Assembly: GCF_009914755.1 (NCBI RefSeq)
Contig: NC_060931.1
DNA from: the human T2T-CHM13v2.0 reference genome, Homo sapiens
Length of the DNA: 64,000 bases
Direction: 5' to 3' (one strand)
The notes beneath the pieces are model-generated. The model worked only from the letters and a program-made list of their open reading frames with translations. It made no database searches and was not told where the DNA came from. Shown piece after piece: positions 42,211 to 64,000 of this stretch (the stretch's first letter is position 1; every line of letters begins with the position of its first letter). Made by a program: the position numbers and the translations under genes.

Positions 42211-42339
42211 ATACACCCGTTCCCTTATCTCTGTATTAAACTTGCTTTCTACAATGGAGTATGTTTAGTGAAATCCACCAGAATTTATGGTGAAGCTTTT
42301 CCAGTTATTTCTTATTTGCTTGGGACACCATTATCTTAA

Positions 42340-42720
42340 GTTACTCAAAAAGTGGTTATGAAAGTAATGTCTTGAGTTCTTGCCAGTTTCTAATAGTTTG
42401 TGCATTGCTTTGGTACATGAAGTAAAATTTGGCTGAGTATAAAGTCCTTGGCTCATATTTTCTTCCCTTGGGTATCTTAAAAGCATTATTCTATTTTCTT
42501 CTACTAGAAAATATTTCTGTATAGATATGTCATGTCAATTGCTCTTTCCCCCATGCAACTATAATCAATGGTAACCCAAATTATTTTTATTCTCTGAAGA
42601 TTAGTATACCTTTTGGTATATTGATTCTAATATGTTATTTTCTATAAATGGAAAAGTTTTCTTGACTGAAAATCTTATATATATGTTCTGATTTATTATT
42701 CCTTCAAGAACTCCAAATTA
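42340..42720 (-). mobile_element. Very old HAL1/L1ME ORF1-like fragment
   Basis: The motif tttggctgagtataaagtccttggctcatattttcttcccttg is typical of antisense old L1/HAL1 ORF1; this call rests on recalled consensus. Confidence 0.5.
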
Positions 42721-42744
42721 AATTATATATATATATATATATAT

Positions 42745-45700
42745 AAAATAAACTAAAATCTAGTTCCTTTAAAAATTCACAAAATTGATAAGCCTCTAGA
42801 AAGGTTAAGAAAAAAAGACAGAAGGCACAAATTACAAATGTCAGAAATGAAACGGAAGACATCCCTACAGATCCCAATGACATTAAAAAGGAAATAAAAG
42901 AATGTTATTAACAACCCTATGTCTACAAATTAGTTAACATGAATGAAATGGACCAATTATTTGAAAGACACAATTTGCTAAAACTCCCAACAGAAGAAAT
43001 CAACAATATAAATAGTCCTATACCTGCCTTTCTTTAATGGATAAAGGCCTATATATATTAAGGTAATTGAATCAATAACTAATAATAATCTTCCAAAACA
43101 GCATCAGGACCAGATGAGTTCACTGACAACATTTAAGGAATAAATTATATCAATCCTACACAGTCTCTTCCTGAAGATAGAAGCAGAGGGAATATTTCCA
43201 AATTCAGTCTATGAGGTCAACATTACCCTAATATCAAAACCAGACAAAAACATTACATGAAAAAAGTTATACATGACAACTATGTTGGATTTATCCCAGG
43301 TATGCAAGGCTAGTTCAGCATTTGAAAATCAATCAATTTAATCTATCATGTCAACAGACAAAAGAAGACAAATCACATGACTATATCAATAGATGCAGAA
43401 AAAACATTTGACAAATTTCAACATTCATTAATGATAAAAAAAGAAACCACTCAGAACACTAGGTAAAGAGGGAGAACTTCCTCAACCTGATAAAGAACAT
43501 CTAAAAAAATAAAACTTATGCCATACATAATGCTTAGAAACTGGACGCTATCTCACAAAAATCAGGAACAAAGCAATGAGTTCCTTGTGTTATCATGGCT
43601 TTTAAACATTGTGTTGTATGTCCCAGCTAGTGTAATTGGCAATAAAATGAGATAAAATGTATACAGACTGGGAAGGAAGAAATAAAACTCTTTTTTTGCA
43701 GATAAGATGATAATAATATGTAGAAAACCCAAAAGAAATGCAACAATTTTCTGGAACTAATAAGCTATTATAGAATGGTTGCAGATTACAAGGTTAATAT
43801 ACAAAAGTCAATCACTTCTCTATATACTAGCAATGAACAAGTGGAATTTCTAATTAAAAACATTATCATTTACATTAGCATCCATCAAAAATATTAGTTA
43901 TAAGTATAACAAAATATGTACACAATCTGTATGAAGAAAACTACAAAATTCAGATGACAGAAACCACAGAAGAACCAATTAATGGAAACATAATTTGTGG
44001 TCATGGAGTGGAAGACACCATATTGTCAAGATGGCAGTTATTTCCAGTTTGATCTATGAGATTCAATACAAAACAATAAAAATCCCAGCAAGCAATTCTG
44101 TGGATATCAACAAACCAATTCTAATGAGACCTAGAATAGTTACATTAATATTGAAGAAGAACAAAATCAAAAACTGACACTACCCTAGAGACTTACTATA
44201 AAGCTATTCATTAAGACAGTGTGGTATTGGTAAATGAATAGACAAGTAGATCAGTGGAACAGCATAGAGAGCCCAGAAATAGACCAACATAAACATGGTC
44301 ACCTGATATTTAACGAAGGAGCAAAGCATCACAATGAAGTGAAGATAGTCTTTTTCCACAAATAGTGGTAGAAAACCTGAACATCCACATGCAATAATAT
44401 AAACCTAGGCATAGACTTTACACCTTTTACCAAAGTTAAGTCAAAGTAAATCAAAGGTCTAAATTGAAACTTCAAAACTATAAAACTTCTAGAAAATAAC
44501 ATAGGAGAAAGCCTGGATGATCTTGGGTATGAGATGACTTTTTAGATAAAACATTAAGGCATGATCCATGAATAAAATTATTGAGAAGATTGAATCTACT
44601 AAAATTAAAAACTTATTTTCGGTAAAAGGTGATGTCAAGAAAATGAGAAGAGAAGCCAAATACTGGGAAAAAATTTGCATCTGATGAAGTACTATTATCT
44701 AACATATATTAAGAACTCTTATTAGGTTGGTGCAGATGTGATTGCGGTTTTTGCCATTGAAAGTGATGACAAAAACCACAATCATATCTGCACCAACCTA
44801 ATAAAAAATAAGGAAACTAAGCACCAGATTTTAGAAAAACGAGCCAGAGACCTGCACAGACACCTCACGAAAGAAGATATAGAGGTGGCAATTAAGTATA
44901 CGAAAAGATGTTCAACATCATATGTCTTTAGGGAATTGCACTTTAAAACAACAATGGGATATGACTACACAACTCTTAGAATGGCCCAAATCCAAAACAC
45001 TGACAACACCAACTGCTGGCAAGGATGTAGAGCAACAGAAACTCTCATTCATTGTTGATATGAATGCAAAATGATACAGCCACTTTGAAAGACAGTTTGG
45101 CATTTTCTTTAAAAACTAAACATACTCTTACCATAAAATACTGCAATCACACTTATTGGTATTTACCCAAATGAATTAAAAATTTATGTCTACAAAAAGC
45201 CCGCACACAGATGTTTATAACGACTTTATTCATAATTTCCAAAATTTGAAAGAAACCAACATGTCCTTTAGTAGATAAGTGGGTAAACTGCAGTATGTTC
45301 AGACAATAGAATATATTTCAGTGCTAAAAAAATAATCAAGCCATGGAAAGAAATGGATAAAAGTTAAATGCATATTGCTAAGTGACAGAAGACAATCTAA
45401 AAATTCTACAGACTGCTTGATTCCAACTACATCAGATTCTGAAAAAGGCAAAACTATAAAGAGTAAAAAAAAAATCAGTGGTTTCTTGGGGTAAGTGATA
45501 AGGGAAGCATAATTAGGCAGATCACAGAGGATTTTTAGAGCAGTAAAATTACGCTGTTTGATACTACAGTGGTGGATACACATCACTGTACATTTGTCAA
45601 AACCTATAGAATGTACAAAAGCAAGAGTGAACCCTAATGTAAACTATAGAGTTTGGTGATAATGACCTGTCGATGTAGGTTACCAATTGTAATAAGAAGT

Positions 45701-45836
45701 ACAACTGGGATGCAGAATGATAGTAGGTGAAATTCTGCATGTGTGAGGGTAAGGTGTACATGAAAACTCTTTCTGCTTACTTTTGCTGTGTAACTAAAAC
45801 TGCTTTAAATATTAAAGTTTATTAATTTCTAAAAAA
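42745..45836 (+). mobile_element. 5'-truncated L1MC1/2-like element
   Basis: Degenerate ORF2 is present (caggaccagatgagttcact, atcaatagatgcagaaaaaacatttgacaaa). The 3' end reads catttgtcaaaacctatagaatgtac...gtgaaccctaatgtaaactat...ttttgctgtgtaactaaaactgct. Confidence 0.88.
44722..44801. mobile_element. MADE1 (80-bp Hsmar1-derived MITE; source family of miR-548 hairpins)
   Basis: It has 37-bp inverted arms (ttaggttggtgca...tgcaccaacctaa), a 6-nt spacer and TA on both sides. Confidence 0.96.
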
Positions 45837-45840
45837 CATA

Positions 45841-56240
<10,400 letters not shown>

Positions 56241-56324
56241 AGTATTAAAAGAGGATAAAGATATAAAATTAGTAGGCTATGAAAGAGAAATATTAAGAGA
56301 TGAAGACCAAAAATTTTATGTATA

Positions 56325-57265
56325 CAGTCATATGTCATGTAAACACTGGGATATATTCTTAGAAATGTGTCCTTAGGTGACTCTGTGATAGTGGGAACAT
56401 CATAAAGTATATTAACACAAACCTAGGTGGTATAGTCTATTGCTCCTGAGCTACAAACCTGTACAGCATGTTACTGTACTGAATACTATAGGCAATTGTA
56501 ACCCAATAGTAAGTATTTGTACATCTAAATAGAAAACTCCAGTAAAATATGGTATAAAAGATTTTAAAAAGTGGTACATCTGTATAGGGCAATTACCATG
56601 ATTAGAGTCTACAGGATTGGAAGTTGGTATTGATGTGTCAGTGAGTGAGTGAGATGAGTGAATGTGAAGGCCTAGAACATTACCATATTCAATTATAGAC
56701 TATAAGCACAGCACACTCGGACGACACTAAATTTATTTTTTAAAAATTACTTTCTCCAATAATAAATTAACCTTAGCTTACTGTAACTTTTTCACTTTAT
56801 GAACGTTTAAAGTTTAATTTGTTGACTATTTTGTAATACAGCTTAAATACATCTACAGCTGTACAAAAATATTTCCTTTATAGCCTTATTCTATAAGCTT
56901 TTTATTTTTAATATTTTTTACTTCTTAAAATTTTTGGTTGAAAACTAAGACACAAACACACACATTAACCTAGGCCTCCACAGAGTCAGGATCATCAATA
57001 TTACTGTTTTCCACCTTCACATCTTGTTGCACTGGAGGGTCTTGGGGGCAATAACACATGGAGGTGTCATCTCCTGTGATACCAATGCCTTCTTCTGGAA
57101 TACCTCCTGAAGACCTTGCTTGAGACTCTTGTCCATTTCTTTTTTATATAAATACAGTAACTTTTAAAATAATTAAAAATATGTTGAATACATAAACTAG
57201 CAACAGTTTTTATTGACATTATCAAGTATTATGTACTGTACATAGTTGAATATACTATACTTTTA
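56325..57265 (+). mobile_element. Tigger3b (Golem), left part
   Basis: It starts ta|cagtcatatgtcatgtaaacactgggatatattcttagaaatg. Internal motifs include ctacaaacctgtacagcatgttactgtactgaatac and cacacacattaacctaggcctccacagagtcaggatcatcaat. Confidence 0.9.
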
Positions 57266-60201
57266 TTTTTTTAATTGTGTGCATTTTTTCAGAAAAGAAT
57301 AATTTTATAAATCAAAGCAAATCCAAATAAAAATAAAATGTAGGACCATCTAGTACGTGCCATCCATATGTATTTTCCATCCTAGTATTGGAGATATTTA
57401 TTTATTTTTATTTTTTTATTATACTTTAAGTTCTAAGGTACATGTGCACAATGTGCAGGTTTGATACATACGTATACATGTGCCATGTTCATTTCGTGCA
57501 CCCATCAACTTGTCATTTACATTAGGTATTTCTCCTAATGCTATCCCTCCGCCTGCCCCCTACCCCATGATAGGCCCCAGTGTGTGATGTTCCCTGCCCT
57601 GTGTCCATGTGTTCTCATTGTTCAATTCCCACATATGAGTGAGAACATGTGGTATTTGGTTTTCTGTCCTTGTGACAGTTTGCTGAGAATGATGGTTTCC
57701 AGCTTCATCCATGTCCCTGCAAAGGACATGAGCTAATCCTTTTTATGCTGCATAGTATTCCTGGTGTGTATGTGCTACATTTTCTTAATCTACTCTATCA
57801 TTGATGGACATTTGGGTTGGTTCCAAGTCTTTGCTATTGTGAATAGTGCAACAGTAAACATATGTGTACATGTGTCTTTATAGTAGCATGATTTATAATC
57901 CTTTGGGTATATACCCAGTCATGGGATCACTGGGTCAAATGGTATTTCTAGTTCTAGATCCCTGAGGAATCACCATGCTGTCTTCCACAATGGTTGAACT
58001 AATTTACACTCCCACCAACAGTGTAAAAGCATTCCTATTTCTCCACATCCTATCCAGCATCTGTTGTTTCCTGACTTTTTAATGATCGCCATTCTAACTG
58101 GTGTGAGATGGTATCTCATTGTGGTTTTGATTTGCATTTCTCTGATGACCAGTGATGATGAGCATTTTTTCATGTATCTGTTCGCTGCATAAATGTCTTC
58201 TTTTGAGAAGTGTCTGTTCATATCCTTTGCCCACTTTGATGGGTTGTTTGTTTTTTTTCTTGTAAATTTGTTTGAGTTCATTGTAGATTCTGGATATTAG
58301 CCCTTTGTCAGATGGGTAGATTGCAAAAATTTTCTCCCATTCTGTAGGTAGCCTTTTCACTCTGATGGTAGTTTATTTTGCTGTGCAGAAGCTCTTTAGT
58401 TTAATTAGATCTGTTTGTCAATTTCAGCTTCTGTTACCATTGCTTTTGGTGTCTTATTCATGAAGTCTTTGCCCATGCCTATGTCCTGAATGGTATTGCC
58501 TAGGATTTCCTCTAGGGTTTTTATGGTTTTAGGTCTAACATTTAAGTCTTTAATCCATCTTAAGTTAATTTTTGTATAAGGTGTAAGGAAGGGATCCAGT
58601 TTCAGCTTTCTACATATGGCTAGCCAGTTTTCCCAGTAGCATTTATTAAATAGGGAATCCTTTCCCCATTTCTTGTTTTTGTCAGGTTTGTCAAAGATCA
58701 GATGGTTGTAGATGTGTGGTGTTATTTCTGAGGCCTCTGTTCTGTTCCATTGGTCTATATGTCTGTTTTGGTACCAGTACTATGCTGCTTTGGTTACTGT
58801 AGCCTTGTAGTATAGTTTGAAGTCAGGTAGCGTGATGCCTCCAGCTTTTTTCTTTTGGCTTAGGATTGTCTTGGCAATGCAGGCTCTTTTTTGGTTCCAT
58901 ATGAACTTTAAAGTAGTTTTTTCCAATTCTGTGAAGAAAGTCATTGGTACCTTGATGGGGATGGCACTGAATCTATAAATTACCATGGGCAGTATGGCCA
59001 TTTTCACAAGATTGATTCTTTCTGTCCAGGAGCATGGAATGTTCTTCTATTTGTTTGTGTCCTCTTTTATTTCATTGAGCAGTGGTTTATAGTTGTCCTT
59101 GAAGAGGTCCTTCATATCCCTTGTAAGTTGGATTCCTAGGTATTTTATTCTCTCTGTAGTAATTGTGAATGGGAGTTCACTCATGATTTGGCTCTCTGTT
59201 TGGCTGTTTTTGGTGTATAGGAAGCGTGTGATTTTTGCCCATTGATTTTGTATCCTGAGACTTTGCTGAAGTTGCTTATCAGCTTATGGAGGTTTTGGGC
59301 TGAGAAAATGGGGTTTTCTAAATATACAATCATGTCATCTGCAAACAGGGACAATTTGACTCCTCTTTTCTTAATTGAATACCCTTTATTTCTTTCTGTT
59401 TCCTAATTGCCCTGGCCAGAACTTCCAACACTATGTTGAATAGGAGTGGTGAGAGAGGACATCCTTGTCTTGTGCCAGTTTTCAAAAGGAATGCTTCCAG
59501 TTTTTGCCCGTTCAGTATGATATTGGCTGTGGGTTTGTCATAAATAGCTCTTATTATTTTGAGAGACGTTTCATCAATACCTAGTTTATTGAGAGTTTTT
59601 AGCATGAAAGGCTGTTGAATTTTGTCGAAGGCCTTTTCTGCATCTATTGAGATAATCATGTGTTTTTTGTTGTTGGATCTGTTTATGTGATGGATTACAT
59701 TTATTGATTTTCATATGTTGAACCAGCCTTGCATTCCAGGGATGAAGCCAACTTGATCGTGGTGGATAAGCTTTTCGCTGTGCTACTGGATTCGGCTTGA
59801 CAGTATTTTATTTAGGATTTTCGCATCATTGTTCATCAGGGATATTGGTCTAAAAGTCTCTTTTTTTGTTGTGTCTCTGCCAGGCTTTGGTATCAGGATG
59901 ATGCTGGACTCAAAAAATTAGTTAGGGAGGATTCCTTCTTTTTCTATTGCATAAATATCTTCTTTTAGTTTGAAAAAATAGTTTCAGAAGGAATGGTACC
60001 AGCTCCTTTTGTACCTCTGTTAAAATTCGGCTGTGAATCTGTCTCATCCTGGACATTTTTTGGTTGGTAGTCTATTAATTACCATCAGAGAATACTATAA
60101 ACACCTCTATGCAAATAAACTAGAAAATCTAGAGGAAATGGATAAATTCCTGGACACATACACCCTCCCAAAACTAAGTGAGGAAGAAGTTGAATCTCTG
60201 G
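57266..60201 (-). mobile_element. L1PA6-like insertion: 5' inversion (60080-60200), antisense body (57395-60081) and apparent 3' transduction (~57273-57394)
   Basis: Minus-strand ORF2 fragments are present. The degenerate TSD atatactatactttta (57250-57265) / atatgctatcctttta (60202-60217) splits Tigger3b. Confidence 0.9.
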
Positions 60202-60409
60202 ATATGCTATCCTTTTATACAACTGGCAGCAAAGTATGTTTTTTTACACTAGCATCACCACAGACACTTAAGTAATACTTTGCCCTACATAGTTACCATG
60301 GCAAGGACATCACTAGGTGAAAGGAATTTTTCATCTGTATGATAATCTTACGCAACTATTGTCATACATGTGGACTGCTGTTGACCAGAACATCGTTATG
60401 CACCATGTA
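60202..60409 (+). mobile_element. Tigger3b, right part
   Basis: The sequence cttttatacaactggcagc...agcatcaccacagacac...cactaggtgaaaggaatttttca...ttgaccagaacatcgttatgc continues the left part. Confidence 0.88.
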
Positions 60410-62139
60410 ATGCTTTTCTAAGTTCTGTCATTATATCATCTTTATGTTGTTTACCTATTGCCTAACTATATCATTGTTATCTAATTCAGATTTATACCTT
60501 TTTAAAAATCTTTTATCTTTGTTTATTTTACCTTGTTTTAAAATATGTGGCTACACCATTTGTCTTTTCATGGCTACGTTTTCTTGTTGTGTCTTTATTA
60601 TCTGTTAGAAAGTGTTTATTTTCACTTTTGTTCTTGTATCTTTGTACATGTTCAATCATAACTCTTCTTAGTTGTCAGTTTAAAATAAAATATGCCCTCT
60701 TTTACTCTGATGATTGTATTCCCATTGGAATGGACCAGGATACCTGCTTCAAGTGCAATAGTTCCTTCTTCTGTTTTTATGCTGAAGTAGTGGGGAAAAA
60801 AAAACAGATCATATCTCTGTGTAGCTACTTCTGTTACTCTGAACTAGGCTTGATTCTAGCCTGTATTTTTTCAAGCTGCAACCTGCAAATGTTGCATATA
60901 TTTAGATATGACTGTGACATTTCAATAATCTGCTTCCTTTAGGCTTCTTCTCCTCTTCCCACAGTATACAAACCCTTCTTTCTTGGATTCCAAGTGATTC
61001 TGCCATGTAGAAAGTGTTCCAAACTGGCCATATGGGTTCTGTCCCTGCATCTTCTCCTATGCCTGTTATAAGCAATTTATCACATCATGTCAATCATGGT
61101 GGTCTTTTACTTCTACTTTATATTTTTGTGTGCCAGGGAGACAGGAGAGGGGGAAGGTTTTACACCAAGTTCAGCAGGAGCCCAGACATCTGACTGTCTC
61201 AAACCACATGTTCTCTCTCTGGGAGCAGTTCCCCTGACACTTTTATAAATACCACCACTGTACCCAAGACCACACCCCTGGCACAAAACTTTTATGACAT
61301 GGCTCTCTTTAAGAAGCATAACCTAATCCCTCTGTTAACTGATCAAACAATGAATTGGTCAATAAAAATCCTCCCATATCCTTATGTATCAACAAAAAAT
61401 GAGAGAGAAAAGTCAAAAGATGTGCTTGTGTATACTTTGTAATGATGCCATGAACTGGTTAAAGAGTAAAATGCTCATAGGTGACTTGAAATTATTTTAC
61501 CTGAAATTTTATGATACCTCCAAATTCTAGAATATGGTATGGTCACTTTTATCATGAACTCAATCTGGAACGAATCCTCTCTTCATAGAATATGTACTTT
61601 GCTTTATGTATACTAAATACATGTTGAATACATATACATTCATACCTGAATTATCTGTTTAGTAGTTAATAAGTTTTTATCATTTCATGTCATGGGAAGA
61701 CGTCTTACGTAGTTAATTCTTTTTTTGTGTATTTGACATATACTGAACTAGGGTAAAGTTTCTAGTTACTGAGTAAAACGCCTACCACTACACCCCAAAA
61801 TACGTATCTTGACATCACATTTATGTATTGCCTTAGATAGATATGTGGAATTGATGAATTCCACAATGGAGGAATTCCATCCAGCTCTTAATTATGATGA
61901 AAATTCTGATTTCCAGAGTTGGTAAACAATAGCAATTTAGGAAGATGACACATCCCTCATATCTCTCCCTTAGTCCAATGGCAGGGGAGTTTGAAAATAA
62001 AATATAATATCTTGTAGCTTTTTATTGAGCTAATGTGGAAACATTCTGCTATCACAGCAATTGATTTGGGGTAGTGTAAAGGGAAGCGGGCAGATCAATT
62101 ACTGAGAATGGTGAAAGGATCTGATAAGAAAAACAGTGC

Positions 62140-62425
62140 CTCAGAAACAGAAAATCAAATACCACATGTACTCACCTATAAGTACGAGCTAAAAAAAAAA
62201 GGGTACTTACGGACATAAAGATGAAAATAATAGATACTAAGAACTCCAAAAATGGGGTGGTTGGGAGGCTAAAGTTTGAAAAATTACCTGTTGAGTACAA
62301 TGTTCACTATCTGGGTGATGGGTATACTAGAAGCCCAAACTTCACCATTCCACAGTACAACCATGTAACAAATCTTCACATGTACCCCTGAATCTATAAT
62401 AACAGTAAGTAAAAATAATAAAAAC
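62140..62425 (+). mobile_element. L1PB4-like 3' end
   Basis: The sequence aaatcaaataccacatgtactcac...gaaaaattacctgttgagtacaatgttcactatctgggtgatgggtatactagaagcccaaac...tgtacccctgaatcta is followed by an A-rich tail. Confidence 0.88.
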
Positions 62426-62922
62426 TACGCTAAGAAAATGAAGAATCTCCAGGAGATTCCTGCTTCACTTAAGGCATTTTCAAATGCAAACAAGAAGAAA
62501 AAAACAAACTAGTACTTGCTTTCACAATAAAGACAGCTCACATAAGGAAGAAACTGGAGGCAGGGTGCTTAGCAGTTCAACAATACCGTGTGCTTTGTTC
62601 GTGTCACTGGTGTTCTTTTGGCTCTTCTCCCATAGTCACAAGGTGTGTTTTCAAAGCAACAAGCATCCTATTGATGCATGACCATATTCTCACATGATCA
62701 TGCCCGAAGACAGCAAGCAAGTTTTATTTTTTGCATGTTTCTTTTTCTGCATGTTTATCAAGGAGAAGAAAAATCCTTAATAAAATCCTCCAGCAGAGTT
62801 CTTTTTATATCTCGTTGGGCTTCATCATGGATACCCTAGCTACAAAATATACTGGAAAAGACAGTATATTGAATTTTTAGCTGATGTAGTAAATGATGGG
62901 CAGGAAAAGAGGGTTGAAGATA

Positions 62923-63468
62923 TGTGATGATTAATATTAGGTGTTAACTGGATTGGATGGAAGGATGCCTAGATAGCTGGTAAAGTATTGTTTCTGGGTG
63001 TGTCTGTGAGAGTGTTGCCAGAGGAGACTGATATTTGAGTAGGTGGACTGGGAGAGGAAGACCTACCCTCAATATGAGTGGGCACCATCCAGTCGGCTGC
63101 CAGCATGGCTAGAACAAAGCATGTGGAAGAAGAGGATAAGCTGGCTTGCTAAGTCTTCTGGCTTTCATCTTTCTCCCGTGCTTGATGCCTCCTGCCCTTG
63201 GACATCAGACTACAATTTCTTTGGCCTTTGCACTCTTGGACTTACACCAGTGGATTGCTGGGGGCTCTCACTGTTAGCTTTCCTTCTTTTGAGGCTTTTG
63301 GAGTTGGACTGAGCCAATGGCTTCTTTCTTCCCCTGCTTGCAGACAGCCTGTCCCTATCATGGGACTTCACTTTGTGATCATGTGAGCCAATTCTCCCTG
63401 ATAAACTCCCTTTCATATATACATATATCCTATGAGTTCTGTTCCTCTGGAGAATCCTGACTAATACA
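62923..63468 (+). mobile_element. HERV-L solo LTR, MLT2A2-like
   Basis: It has TG...CA termini (tgtgatgattaatattaggtgttaac...gagaatcctgactaataca). Internal sequence includes gaaggatgcctagatagctggtaaagtattg and gggagaggaagacctaccctcaat. Confidence 0.92.
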
Positions 63469-64000
63469 GGATGGCTGCTGAGTTTGTTGTAGTCTCCGCT
63501 TACCACAACTGATGGAGGGGATTGACCATTTCTTCCAAAGAACTTCAGTTCTCTCCCATTCAGAAACACTAACCTCCCACATTCAGTCAAATCCTTGTTT
63601 TACTCCCTAACCTGTTGGCCTCTAGGCTAGGAAATAAGCATTTTCACTGGGTAAAAGCTGAGAATATTGTAGGAAAGCGAATCAACAGCATAAATGATGA
63701 GTTGGATTCACCTCCCTTGTCTCTGCAACAAAAGATAATACCTTCTTTCCATCCTCAATATGGATATTAGACACACTTCTTATTGAAACAGTGCAGTGTT
63801 TTATAGGATTCTGAGGTAACCTAATACTTAAATTATGGGTGTCTCATAGGTGCCGGAAGTAGCCTATTATTTAAATTATAACATTTCTAAAGTACTATAT
63901 TTCTGCCATAGAATCTAACTTCATACATGGGAAGATATTATGAATTGCTCTTGATTTACCTAGAATCCTTTCAAATAAAAATTATTGACATTATGTAAAT

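Noticed and set aside
61844-61865. 9-bp hairpin tgtggaatt-gatg-aattccaca
   Set aside because: It is too short to distinguish from chance in 64 kb of AT-rich DNA.
62940-62965. DUX4 site in the MLT2A LTR (family activated at zygotic genome activation)
   Set aside because: This copy reads ggattggatgg where a TGATTRRRTTA-like motif is expected, so the site looks degenerate.

Overview
This is AT-rich primate (human-like) genomic DNA made up mostly of transposable-element fossils. Summing my boundaries, about 60% is LINE-1 of many ages. It also holds four Alus, a near-complete Tigger2, a split Tigger3b, a MADE1 hairpin, solo MLT1/MLT2/LTR33 LTRs and MIR/L2 relics. I found no cellular protein-coding exon, RNA gene or CRISPR array. 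The longer ORFs in the track come from L1 ORF2, Tigger transposase, Alu or simple repeats. The most interesting signals are retrotransposition and repair scars: (1) a young L1 whose inverted 5' part is permuted, with no TSD and apparent target deletion (53293-56240); (2) an L1PA6-like copy with both a twin-priming inversion and an apparent 3' transduction inside Tigger3b; (3) a 68-bp twin-primed micro-L1 with a perfect 11-bp TSD; (4) an 82-bp direct repeat spaced exactly 1000 bp apart; and (5) a MADE1 whose two arms share mirrored substitutions. I see no evidence for a wholly new biological system. Subfamily names come from recalled consensus features and need RepeatMasker/Dfam confirmation; boundaries of old elements are approximate.
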